A stretch of 32,000 nucleotides of DNA, taken from positions 2,250,001 to 2,282,000 of the forward strand of contig NC_010628.1 in assembly GCF_000020025.1 (NCBI RefSeq), given 5' to 3'. Shown here in pieces: positions 1 through 8,166 of this stretch. The stretch's first letter is position 1. Each line of letters begins with the position of its first letter. Both the position numbers and the translations under genes were made by a program. This DNA comes from Nostoc punctiforme PCC 73102 (GTDB lineage Bacteria; Cyanobacteriota; Cyanobacteriia; Cyanobacteriales; Nostocaceae). The notes beneath the pieces were generated by a model. The model ran no database searches and was not told where the DNA came from. It saw nothing but the letters and a program-made list of their open reading frames with translations.

Positions 1-760
1 CATCCCCCAATTTTGCATAAAGTGTATTTGAATCTTCATTATTATATTCAGGTTGAAAAAAAGATTTTAGTAACTGATTATTGGTTGGCTTAGATAAAAT
101 TTCTTGCTTCGGAAAATACTTGTAAATTGATGGTTGTTGTCTAGAAGAATTATTTATAGAAGATTGTAACTGTTCTAGATAGCACCATAAACCTCCGCCA
201 TACAACAACTGGTCTATCCCAAAAGAAATTTTACCAGTCTTTAACTTTATCATCCGGGTTGGGAGAAACCCAGCCAAAAAAAGGTGATACTGAGATTGTG
301 CTTCACTTACATCTTCTTGAATCAAAATGCAAACTACGACTGCATTTTTTTCAACTTCTTCAGAACTGATTGACCATCTAACTCTATCAATATTACCGTG
401 ACGAGATTTAACCTCGATACCAATAGATGGGTCAGAAGTCAAGGTAAAATCTATATTGCCATCGCCGCCGAATCGCTTTTCATAATCGACTTCGGTAATA
501 AAATCTGCTAAACGTTCCTTGACAACTTCCTCACCCAACTTCCCTTTAAGATAGCTAATAAACACGTCACGGACTGGCGAAACACGCTTATATTTCTCAG
601 CCATCAACCAGCAAAATTCTCGCAGTGCCTTTAATCTCTCTCCAGAGATTATAGTTAATTCACTATATTGACCTTCGGTTTCACAATGAAGCAGACAACC
701 AGATGTTAACCTTTTAATAAAATCAGACTGTAGCGATCGCAGTAGTGTAATCCAGTCCAT
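1..760 (-). CDS. hypothetical protein with PD-(D/E)XK nuclease-like motif; C-terminus lies beyond the window edge
   Basis: Manual minus-strand translation gives an open frame from ATG at 760 (TAA immediately upstream at 761-763) running off the window at base 1. An alternative ATG is at 604 (MAEKYKR...). It contains ...GDGNIDFTL-x9-IGIEVKS..., which resembles the D...(D/E)xK restriction-endonuclease-fold signature. It is absent from the ORF track because there is no stop in the window. Confidence 0.5.
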   Translation of the reverse strand, partial: MDWITLLRSLQSDFIKRLTSGCLLHCETEGQYSELTIISGERLKALREFCWLMAEKYKRVSPVRDVFISYLKGKLGEEVVKERLADFITEVDYEKRFGGDGNIDFTLTSDPSIGIEVKSRHGNIDRVRWSISSEEVEKNAVVVCILIQEDVSEAQSQYHLFLAGFLPTRMIKLKTGKISFGIDQLLYGGGLWCYLEQLQSSINNSSRQQPSIYKYFPKQEILSKPTNNQLLKSFFQPEYNNEDSNTLYAKLGD

Positions 761-1054
761 TTATATTTCTGCGAATCTTTTGATGAGATTATTCTATTAA
801 AATATCCAGTCGCCGTAAACCTTTTAATTAGCTTGGCAGAATTTATATCAGTCGAGGTACGGCCATCTCTGATTATGCCAAAGTTTTGACTGCTATGGGG
901 GGTGTAAGAGTGCGATCGCTGGGAATAATACATGAAATATTAATTAGCTAACCCCAAAGCAAAAAGTTTAGAGTTTCTTCTATGGGGCTTACACAAAACA
1001 TCGCATGAATTGAGGGTTAGCAAACACATGTCAGTTGATAACCCGCAACTGTGG

Positions 1055-3370
1055 TTACTTATCAGCCTTACCAGCTTTTTTGATACCTTGCCATCTTTGT
1101 CGCAGTCGCTTCAAGTTAGGCGTATGGCCACCATAACGCCAGCCAACATAGGCTTGGCTAATTTCATCTATTACCTCAGCAGTTGCTGGGGCATGATGCT
1201 GGTACGATCCTTTGGCATACTCTAAAGGTGTTTGTGCTGGGTGTTTACCTAAACCTTTTTGGGTTGTCCATTGCAGCATTTGTTGATAAAGGCTTTCCAT
1301 TGCTGGCAATTTCTTTAACCATCGGCGGTTGCGCCACTCTCGCCACTGACCCCAAGCCAGCCAACCGAAGAATGCCGCTGTAGTTGCCAAGATTAAGCCA
1401 GTTAATATACCAAACCAACCTTGAGAAAATAAAGCTAAAAACCAAGCGATCGCTCTAATCACCCACCTAAATATTGTCTCAAATACATTATTCAACAAAC
1501 CTGTCACTGGAGATGGTAGCCATCCAGCAACCCAGTGCCATAACTGGCGCAATACACTAAAAGTTTGAGTATCTTCTACTGATGGAGGTATGAGAGGATG
1601 ATTGGGAATAGGGTCAAAAGCAAACCAGCCATATTTCGGAAAAAATACTTCCGTCATTACATAAGCGTCAGTATTGCGGACAACATATAGCCCTGTAAAT
1701 GGATTAAATTCTCCTGGACTAAACCCTGCCACTAACCGCGCTGGGATACCAATGGAACGTAGCATTACCGTGAGAACTGTTGAGAAGTGGTCAGGATAAC
1801 CACCGTTATATTTGAATAAAAAAGCTTCTACTAAGTCATCTTTTTCTTCCAAATAAGGCAAATCTAAAGGATTTTGCGGAACAGAGTAGCGTTGTTTTAA
1901 ATATTGAGCTAAGTAGAGAGCTTTTTCATAAGGTGAATCCAACCTTTTAGAAGACTTTGTGACTCTTTCTTGACTGTAGTTAGTGAGAATTTCTTCGGTG
2001 CGTTGTCGGACTTTTTCGGCAATTTCGGGAGGAATTTGCAGATAATGCTTCTTAATCTGTTGAGGATAATTAGTAGAAGCTTGACCTAATAAAGTGCGAT
2101 CGCGGTATGGTACTTCAGAAATGACGGTGTAAGTGAGTCCTTCTGATAATTCCACAGGCGATCGCAATCCATTTTCTGTATCAACCGCAACCATTGGTGT
2201 CGGAAAGTAAATCTCTTTAGGATAAGCCATCGCCGGAATTAGGTTAGGCAAGTCCGCCACCACTGTATAAGTTTGTACTATCTCTTGGGTTTTAGCAGTA
2301 GTCAGAGGTGGATTCAAGTAAATTTGGTAAGACCAAGGCGATCGCTTGAGAGTTGTAACATCTTCATTACGGGAAACTTCCCATCCCTTACCTGTATAAC
2401 GGTCAAATCCTAGTACTCGCCAAAAACCCTCAGCTTGCGATCGCACCCGCATCACAACTTTAGGTTTCATCTCACCGCGCAGATTTTGGTTAATTTGGCT
2501 ATTAAAACCGTAATAAAAGTTATTATCTACCTTACCTGGTTGACCATTTTGGTCTTGTCCCGTACCACTGCCTTGATTATTACCACTACCTTGACGGACA
2601 TAACCAGGATTGATGATACTACGGCCTGTAAAATTACCTTTTAACTGGATAGCAGAACTTACAGGAAAATTCCGTAACTGATAGCCAGGAAATCGTGGTA
2701 AAACAGCAAAAATGGCCAGTCCCAGGCTGACAATTAGTAAAAAAGTCAGAGTTAAAAATTTAAAATTAAGAGAATTCTTCTGGTTGAATTTTTCCTTTTG
2801 AGTTTTTAATGGCTGCAAACCCAAGCGTGAGCGATAATCTAGCACTAAAGTTGGCAGAGCGATCGCTAAAAATAACAACAACACAGGTGCAAATGCTAAA
2901 GTCTGACTTAACGTTGCCGCCACACCCAATAAAATCAGTCCTATAACAATCGAATAGCCCAAATTTTTCCGGCGGGGTGTATCAAAGCTGTGCAAAACCT
3001 GGAGTTGAATTAATAACTCTGCCAAACCCAACCGCGTATCATTTAACTCTCCCACTAACCGCCCAAAGAAACTACCGAGTGCCATTAACATTCCGATAGC
3101 GATGCAAAATTTAACTGCAACATTGGCATCGCGGCGACGATAGTAACTCCAAATCGCACCCAATACACTCAGGGGTAACGCCCAAAAACTGAATGAAGTC
3201 TCGGCGGCGATATCCGTCGCCCCAATTCCCAAAATAACCAATGCTAGCACCAGCAGCCGCAAGGAAATTGAATCTTCCACTTCTGTCAAAGGCGATCGCT
3301 GCAAATTTTGCCGCCAGAAATTACCCACAGGGACACGCCAAAACCGATTCATCCTGGATAAGTTGAGCAT
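1055..3370 (-). CDS. transglutaminase-like (TgpA-type) multi-pass membrane protein; catalytic Cys/His apparently substituted
   Basis: 771-aa ORF. N-terminal multi-TM region, central transglutaminase-core-like segment (GGYPDHFSTVLTVMLRSIGIPARLVAGF ... DAYVMTEVFFPKYGWFAFDP), a C-terminal TM helix and a basic tail. This architecture is typical of DUF3488-TGase-DUF4129 proteins. Confidence 0.85.
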   Translation of the reverse strand: MLNLSRMNRFWRVPVGNFWRQNLQRSPLTEVEDSISLRLLVLALVILGIGATDIAAETSFSFWALPLSVLGAIWSYYRRRDANVAVKFCIAIGMLMALGSFFGRLVGELNDTRLGLAELLIQLQVLHSFDTPRRKNLGYSIVIGLILLGVAATLSQTLAFAPVLLLFLAIALPTLVLDYRSRLGLQPLKTQKEKFNQKNSLNFKFLTLTFLLIVSLGLAIFAVLPRFPGYQLRNFPVSSAIQLKGNFTGRSIINPGYVRQGSGNNQGSGTGQDQNGQPGKVDNNFYYGFNSQINQNLRGEMKPKVVMRVRSQAEGFWRVLGFDRYTGKGWEVSRNEDVTTLKRSPWSYQIYLNPPLTTAKTQEIVQTYTVVADLPNLIPAMAYPKEIYFPTPMVAVDTENGLRSPVELSEGLTYTVISEVPYRDRTLLGQASTNYPQQIKKHYLQIPPEIAEKVRQRTEEILTNYSQERVTKSSKRLDSPYEKALYLAQYLKQRYSVPQNPLDLPYLEEKDDLVEAFLFKYNGGYPDHFSTVLTVMLRSIGIPARLVAGFSPGEFNPFTGLYVVRNTDAYVMTEVFFPKYGWFAFDPIPNHPLIPPSVEDTQTFSVLRQLWHWVAGWLPSPVTGLLNNVFETIFRWVIRAIAWFLALFSQGWFGILTGLILATTAAFFGWLAWGQWREWRNRRWLKKLPAMESLYQQMLQWTTQKGLGKHPAQTPLEYAKGSYQHHAPATAEVIDEISQAYVGWRYGGHTPNLKRLRQRWQGIKKAGKADK

Positions 3371-3485
3371 TTCGAGTCTAAGTTATAGATGCCACGGAAA
3401 CAATGTTGAGGACGAAACTATTCGCCCTACTTTAAAGTATTCCCGTTAAAAGAAGCTTTATTATCCTGTCTTCATTCATCTATCG

Positions 3486-3560
3486 GACTGATATTTGATT
3501 TTTGAAAAAACACCGTACAACTCAAAAAGCCTTCTTTCCTATTGCCTATTGCCTTCCCAC
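3486..3560. repeat. small dispersed repeat, copy A (about 75 nt)
   Basis: About 88% identical by hand alignment to the reverse complement of 26661-26736. The shared core is acaactcaaaaagccttctttcct. Confidence 0.7.
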
Positions 3561-3635
3561 GCAAGTAAATATGGCTACGCTCCCGTGAGGAATACAAAAA
3601 TCAAAGCAGATTCCTATATCAAGGTTTAGCGCCTA

Positions 3636-3678
3636 TTTTTACAAAATAAAAAGGTTGAAAACAGAGTTTTCAACCTTT
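3636..3678 (-). terminator. intrinsic terminator (13-bp perfect stem plus U-tract on the minus strand)
   Basis: aaaggttgaaaac (3650-3662) pairs with gttttcaaccttt (3666-3678). On the minus strand the stem is followed by TTTATTTTGT. Confidence 0.7.
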
Positions 3679-4049
3679 GCTTCCCTTCTCCTGTCGTCGG
3701 GTTTCATTGCGCCAAGAGTGAACATAATTTTGTATAAAAAAACAGCACAATCGAATAAATTCGTTGTGAAAAATTGGTTGCTTGGTAAAATAGAGGCGAA
3801 ATCAGCACGACAAACTAGCTCGTTCCCCAGGCTTTGCTAGTAACCGAGTGGACTGACGAGTATCCACGAACAATCAATTTATGGGATGGAGGGTGAGTCT
3901 ACACCCACTGATTAACTCTAACCACACTTACGTATAAGTAAGCACCCTGTTGCTAGTAGTATCTAGAGACTGAAAAATCCCCAAGGTAACAGCGAGGGAA
4001 TAGTTACCTTAAGATATGCGGCATTACGTACTACCCATGGCAATTAAGA

Positions 4050-5039
4050 TTACACAGTGGGATTAATGACAAACAAAAGCGGCTGTTGGTCTATTTCTGG
4101 AAACTCAACTTCCAGAGTATAAGTTGGGTTAAGTTGCTCACAACCTAACTCTACACTTAAGTATCCCGAAGTCGAAGATGTTGCCATTGCTAAGGTACCA
4201 CTTCCACGAAGTATCAAAGTTCCTTTAACAGGTAACTCAGCCTGAACAAGCAACTTCGTAAGTTTACCTACAGACTGATACTCTACTCTGATGTTCAAAT
4301 TACCGACAGTGGTTAGCCATTCTCTTTCTACCACTGGACTGGTTGCTGAAAGTGGTAGAGTCAAATTTTCCAGCAGTTGTTTAGCTGCCAGCAACGACAA
4401 AGCCATCTGTTGACGCGTCTGTAAATCTGAGTAATCGCCCTGAATATTGGGCAATGTCTCCAGAGTATTGACAGAGCGATAGGTGCTTCTTAGCACCAAT
4501 CCAGCTATATCGTTTAGTGCTTGAGACTCGTTGGGAAAAAAGTTCTCCACCACTTGAACTAATTTTGCCCCCAGAGGGACTGAAGATGTCACCAATGCTT
4601 GACACTGTTCCAGTAATTGCTGGAAAACTCTCTCCGGCAAGGGGCACGGCAGTTTCAGCTTCGATTGTTGTACCATCCATCCCCAGGTAGGAACGAGCGC
4701 TATTGATGGCTCATCAACAAAATCGGGATAGTCGATTAATTGTGTTTCCCAGGGAAACAAAGGTGGGTGGTCTTGGGCTTGGATTTGTAACCGATGTTTA
4801 ATGACGGCTTGAAAACGATCTTGCACAGTAGGAATTTCTCCCAATTGAAGGGTCTGGGGCGTTCCTCCCAATTTTGGCTCACTGCTTTTTGAAGCAGTGG
4901 CTTCATTGAGGAGTTTTTTTACCCCGTCATTTTCCTCAGATTCTACCGATTGCTCGTTATTTTTGACATCATCTGTCAATAACCAACCGAGATACTGGTA
5001 TTGTGAGGATTCTGAGTCACTATTCATGAGTAGATGCAC
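4050..5039 (-). CDS. patU: PatU-like protein (unsplit patU, downstream partner of hetZ)
   Basis: 329-aa ORF immediately downstream of the hetZ-like gene and overlapping it. The likely true start is ATG at 5027, which overlaps the hetZ stop (ATGAATAG). The call rests on the conserved hetZ-patU arrangement known from Anabaena/Nostoc, not on a recognised domain. Confidence 0.55.
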   Translation of the reverse strand: MHLLMNSDSESSQYQYLGWLLTDDVKNNEQSVESEENDGVKKLLNEATASKSSEPKLGGTPQTLQLGEIPTVQDRFQAVIKHRLQIQAQDHPPLFPWETQLIDYPDFVDEPSIALVPTWGWMVQQSKLKLPCPLPERVFQQLLEQCQALVTSSVPLGAKLVQVVENFFPNESQALNDIAGLVLRSTYRSVNTLETLPNIQGDYSDLQTRQQMALSLLAAKQLLENLTLPLSATSPVVEREWLTTVGNLNIRVEYQSVGKLTKLLVQAELPVKGTLILRGSGTLAMATSSTSGYLSVELGCEQLNPTYTLEVEFPEIDQQPLLFVINPTV

Positions 5040-6240
5040 CTGATCCGGACACTAATGAGTTACGAATTTCCCAAGCTTGCTCAAGAATCTTAAACCACCG
5101 TTTTTGAAGTTGTGCCATTGACAGCCCTAAAGTTTTGGCGATTTTTTCATCGGCTTGTCCTTGTTGTTTCAACTCTAATAAAGACCGTTGCTTATTGTCC
5201 AGCTGTGCTGTGTATACTTGCCATTGCTGGGGAGTTAAGCCCAAATTGGTGTGCAAAGAAGCTTCCAGCCACTCGTGAACTAATTCCCAACGGTGTAATA
5301 AAGCAAACCGAATTAAATGATACTTGAAGCGCTGCTGTAAGTAATCTCTCTGACGAGGGGTTAAACCTAAAATCGACTCTATTTCTTGTGCTGAGAGATC
5401 CTGGAGGCGGAGGGAAAAGTAATCAGCACAGTCAGATTGTTGCCGTTGTTCGAGATAATTCATTAATTCTGTAACCACAACCGAACGCAAGGTATCTTCT
5501 TCAGGTTCGGGTTCGGCTTGCGTTGCCATTGTGGAGCGCAATTGATGCACTGCTGGTTCTTCCCAAGAACCATCGCCTTCGTTATTGCTACCTTCTGCGG
5601 CTTGTTCTATATCTACGCTGGTTTCTGGGGGCTGCTGTTGAGAAAAAGTTTGCGCCCGCAGGATAATTAGCTGCTGCTGACGGCCTGGTAAGGGAATGCG
5701 TCGTTTGCCGTAGCGCTCGGTAAATGCCATGTACTCAGACAATTCTAGAAGCGTCTGAGGGCGATAAGTAGCACCAAGTTGATTTTCTCGCCGGAAAGCG
5801 TTTAATGCTTCCAGATAAAAACTTTGTAAAAAATCTTCGATTATAGTCAGTCGCCCTTGATAACTCAATTGCTTCTGAGGCGGATTAATATATCGATAAA
5901 TAATTGCACTCAGAGTACTGTGTAATTCTACCCTGCCCCGATTTGAACCCAACTGATAGTACCTGAGACACTGTTGTAGCCGATGCCGAGCCAGGGTCAT
6001 CGCCGAGCTTTCTACAGTTCCAGAAGCTTGAATACGTTTGCTCTCATGGCAAATCCGATATACTTCGGTGGTAATACGTGTTGCTACATCATGGCAATTC
6101 TGTTCCGAAGCTTTGGTCGATTGTTGAAACTCCTTGGATAGGAGTTGAAAGATCACCTCCACGCCTTTAGAATTTTCTCCCAGAATATTTGCAGATGGAA
6201 TAGTTGCGGTTGCGGCTGAATTCATAGTCTCAGTTTTCAA
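5020..6240 (-). CDS. hetZ: HetZ-like heterocyst differentiation regulator (two sigma-70 region-4-like HTH segments)
   Basis: 406-aa ORF. HTH-like segments are LSAQEIESILGLTPRQRDYL and ADEKIAKTLGLSMAQLQKRW. It is followed by an overlapping patU-like ORF, and an upstream sequence closely resembles the published HetR recognition sequence of hetZ (as I recall it). Confidence 0.7.
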   Translation of the reverse strand: MKTETMNSAATATIPSANILGENSKGVEVIFQLLSKEFQQSTKASEQNCHDVATRITTEVYRICHESKRIQASGTVESSAMTLARHRLQQCLRYYQLGSNRGRVELHSTLSAIIYRYINPPQKQLSYQGRLTIIEDFLQSFYLEALNAFRRENQLGATYRPQTLLELSEYMAFTERYGKRRIPLPGRQQQLIILRAQTFSQQQPPETSVDIEQAAEGSNNEGDGSWEEPAVHQLRSTMATQAEPEPEEDTLRSVVVTELMNYLEQRQQSDCADYFSLRLQDLSAQEIESILGLTPRQRDYLQQRFKYHLIRFALLHRWELVHEWLEASLHTNLGLTPQQWQVYTAQLDNKQRSLLELKQQGQADEKIAKTLGLSMAQLQKRWFKILEQAWEIRNSLVSGSGASTHE

Positions 6241-6390
6241 AAGACCCTAAGTATTTAAATACAACCTGTACGACTGTGGGTGTTGGCTTTTTTGGTTTTA
6301 CGTATAAGCTAAACGCAGACCAATCCTACATTCAGGATATGGCTGATTTTATTATTCCCAACTTGGATGGGATTGTTCACACTTTGATAG

Positions 6391-6903
6391 ATGTTATTGC
6401 CATTACCCAGGAGCCGTATACAAGTCATTATGGATTTAGAAGCACAAATTCAATTGCTGATTGACAATGCACCCCGCGATGGTATAACACCAAATCTGAT
6501 TGCAGCAATTGCTCCTGCCCTTAGAGCGATCGCTCAAAAATTACGTCATTCCCAGTACTATATTCTCCAAAATTCGGAGGCAAGCTGGGTTTTAACTACT
6601 TTGAGCAATCGTGCTAATCCAGGATTGGAAAAGCGCGTTATTTACGCTTTCCCTACCATACAGGATGTCTCTCTAATTTCCCCTGCTGGGCTTGACCCTC
6701 AAATGCTAGCTAAAATTGTTCCTGTCACCCATATTTTGTTCCAATTGGTGGCATTGGAACCCGTAGATAGTATCCTTTTTTTGGAAACGCCGGGTAAGAC
6801 CACTCATCCCGTTGAAATTCGGCGAACGGATCTAGAGAAACTCATGCAACAAAGGCTGCGGCAGCAGCGATCGCCTAAACCGATACCCCCTGATATTGCA
6901 TAG
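6391..6903 (+). CDS. conserved hypothetical protein, divergent from hetZ
   Basis: 170-aa ORF with cyanobacterial-looking composition. The probable start is the in-frame ATG at 6430 (MDLEAQIQLL...). A strong terminator hairpin follows directly. Confidence 0.6.
   Translation: MLLPLPRSRIQVIMDLEAQIQLLIDNAPRDGITPNLIAAIAPALRAIAQKLRHSQYYILQNSEASWVLTTLSNRANPGLEKRVIYAFPTIQDVSLISPAGLDPQMLAKIVPVTHILFQLVALEPVDSILFLETPGKTTHPVEIRRTDLEKLMQQRLRQQRSPKPIPPDIA
6665..6704 (-). promoter_or_regulatory. candidate HetR recognition sequence upstream of hetZ
   Basis: The minus strand reads atttgagggtcaagcccagcaggggaaattagagagacat. This is near-identical to the 40-nt HetR-bound region reported upstream of Anabaena PCC 7120 hetZ (recalled from the literature), and its TGAGGGTC half-site resembles the hetP HetR site. 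It lies 425-464 nt upstream of the hetZ ATG. Confidence 0.4.
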
Positions 6904-6905
6904 AA

Positions 6906-6953
6906 AAATTTGGGATGTGGGATTTTTTAGATACAATCCCACATCCCAAATTT
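6906..6953 (+). terminator. intrinsic terminator, potentially bidirectional (18-bp perfect stem)
   Basis: aaatttgggatgtgggat (6906-6923) pairs with atcccacatcccaaattt (6936-6953). It begins 3 nt after the stop of the 6391-6903 ORF, and both flanks are A/T-rich. Confidence 0.7.
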
Positions 6954-7066
6954 TAAATTTCAAATTTGTTTGAAAAAATTTTTGATGAAAAGAAATTAAT
7001 GCCAATTACTAACCTTTTAGTTCTTTAAAGAACCAGGCGATCGGCTTAATCTAAAATTGCTGAACA

Positions 7067-7087
7067 AACAGTTATCAGTGAACATTT
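7067..7087. repeat. STRR-like heptamer repeat (aacagtt atcagtg aacattt)
   Basis: It shares the 18-mer aacagttatcagtgaaca with 18123-18140. An inverted partner (aataact gataact gagttaa) lies at 7177-7197. Confidence 0.5.
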
Positions 7088-7194
7088 TTCAAAATTTAGC
7101 TCATAACTGAGCCAAATTTCCCCACCTAAGAACATTTGATAGGTTTAACTTGGCATCTAAAGCCCTATTTTGTACCTAATAACTGATAACTGAG

Positions 7195-8166
7195 TTAATA
7201 GAGGCGACTCAGTGTGTACTCAGCTATGTTAATCAATGCCTGGTGAGATTCTGAGGGTGGGAGAACTGCAAGATGTTCAATTGCTAACTTAGCATGGTGA
7301 GCAGCTAACTCCCGCGCCTTGTGTATGCCTTGACTATCTTGAATTAGTGCTAGTGCTTGCTCTAAATCCCCTTCTTGAGCAAACTCCCGGTCAATTAGCA
7401 CTTCTAAGGATGGTTTTTCTGCTAATGCAAATAAAACAGGTGCAGTTAGATTACCGCTTTTGAGATCGGACCCCACTGGTTTACCCAAGGTATCTGTTGT
7501 ACTGGTGAAATCTAGAATGTCGTCAACGATTTGAAATGCTATACCAAAATGACGACCGTAGCTATAAAGATGCTCAACAGTTTCCCGCGAGACTTCACTA
7601 AGTAACCCAGCAGCTTTAGAACTGTTGGCGATTAACGAAGCTGTTTTGTAATAACTCTTCTGAAGGTAAGTTTCAATAGAGATACCAGCATCAAAACGAT
7701 TTAGTCCCTGCTGGATCTCTCCAGTAGCCAGATCCATAATGACTTCTGAGAGGAGTTTCACCACCTCCAAATTGTCCAAGTTTGCTAAATACCAGGACGA
7801 TTGGGCAAAAAGAAAATCTCCTGCTAATATGGCAATGCGATTACCGAACAAACTATGAACGGTAGGAACGCCTCGCCGCACGTCTGATTCATCTACCACA
7901 TCGTCATGTACCAAACTTGCTGTGTGAATCATTTCTGTAATCTCAGCTAGGCGGCGATGACGCGGTGTAATATCTTGCTCTAACATTGTTGCCCGCGATA
8001 TTAGCAGGACAATTGCTGGTCTGATACGCTTTCCCCCAGCTCCGAATAAATGTTCGGCTGCTGCAAACAAAATGGGGTGGCGATTTCCAACTAGCTGTTT
8101 TAGGTTATCTGCTAGTAGTCGCAGGTCTGCTTCCACAGGGGTAAACAGGGAGGTGGCTGGGGTCAT
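7195..8166 (-). CDS. sds: all-trans polyprenyl diphosphate synthase, probably solanesyl diphosphate synthase (plastoquinone side chain)
   Basis: 323-aa ORF carrying both aspartate-rich motifs (LVHDDVVDESD and FQIVDDILDF). Length and sequence style match cyanobacterial solanesyl-PP synthases. Confidence 0.8.
   Translation of the reverse strand: MTPATSLFTPVEADLRLLADNLKQLVGNRHPILFAAAEHLFGAGGKRIRPAIVLLISRATMLEQDITPRHRRLAEITEMIHTASLVHDDVVDESDVRRGVPTVHSLFGNRIAILAGDFLFAQSSWYLANLDNLEVVKLLSEVIMDLATGEIQQGLNRFDAGISIETYLQKSYYKTASLIANSSKAAGLLSEVSRETVEHLYSYGRHFGIAFQIVDDILDFTSTTDTLGKPVGSDLKSGNLTAPVLFALAEKPSLEVLIDREFAQEGDLEQALALIQDSQGIHKARELAAHHAKLAIEHLAVLPPSESHQALINIAEYTLSRLY

Noticed and set aside
706-933. 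75-aa ORF (MYYSQRSHSYTPHSS...)
   Set aside because: The composition is odd and there is no motif. It overlaps the possible start of the edge ORF in another frame. I could not support it as a gene, though it is mentioned under the first-kilobase finding.
3655-3840. 61-aa plus-strand ORF
   Set aside because: It starts inside the terminator hairpin, has no ribosome-binding site and has poor composition. The region is better explained as untranslated RNA.
5045-5050. TCCGGA (DIF-type heterocyst promoter motif) near the hetZ/patU junction
   Set aside because: It lies only 18-23 nt upstream of the candidate patU ATG (5027), inside hetZ coding sequence. That is too close to act as a -35-type element for patU.
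6250-6262. Possible NtcA site (gtatttaaatac) upstream of hetZ
   Set aside because: The spacing is GTA-N6-TAC, not the canonical GTA-N8-TAC.
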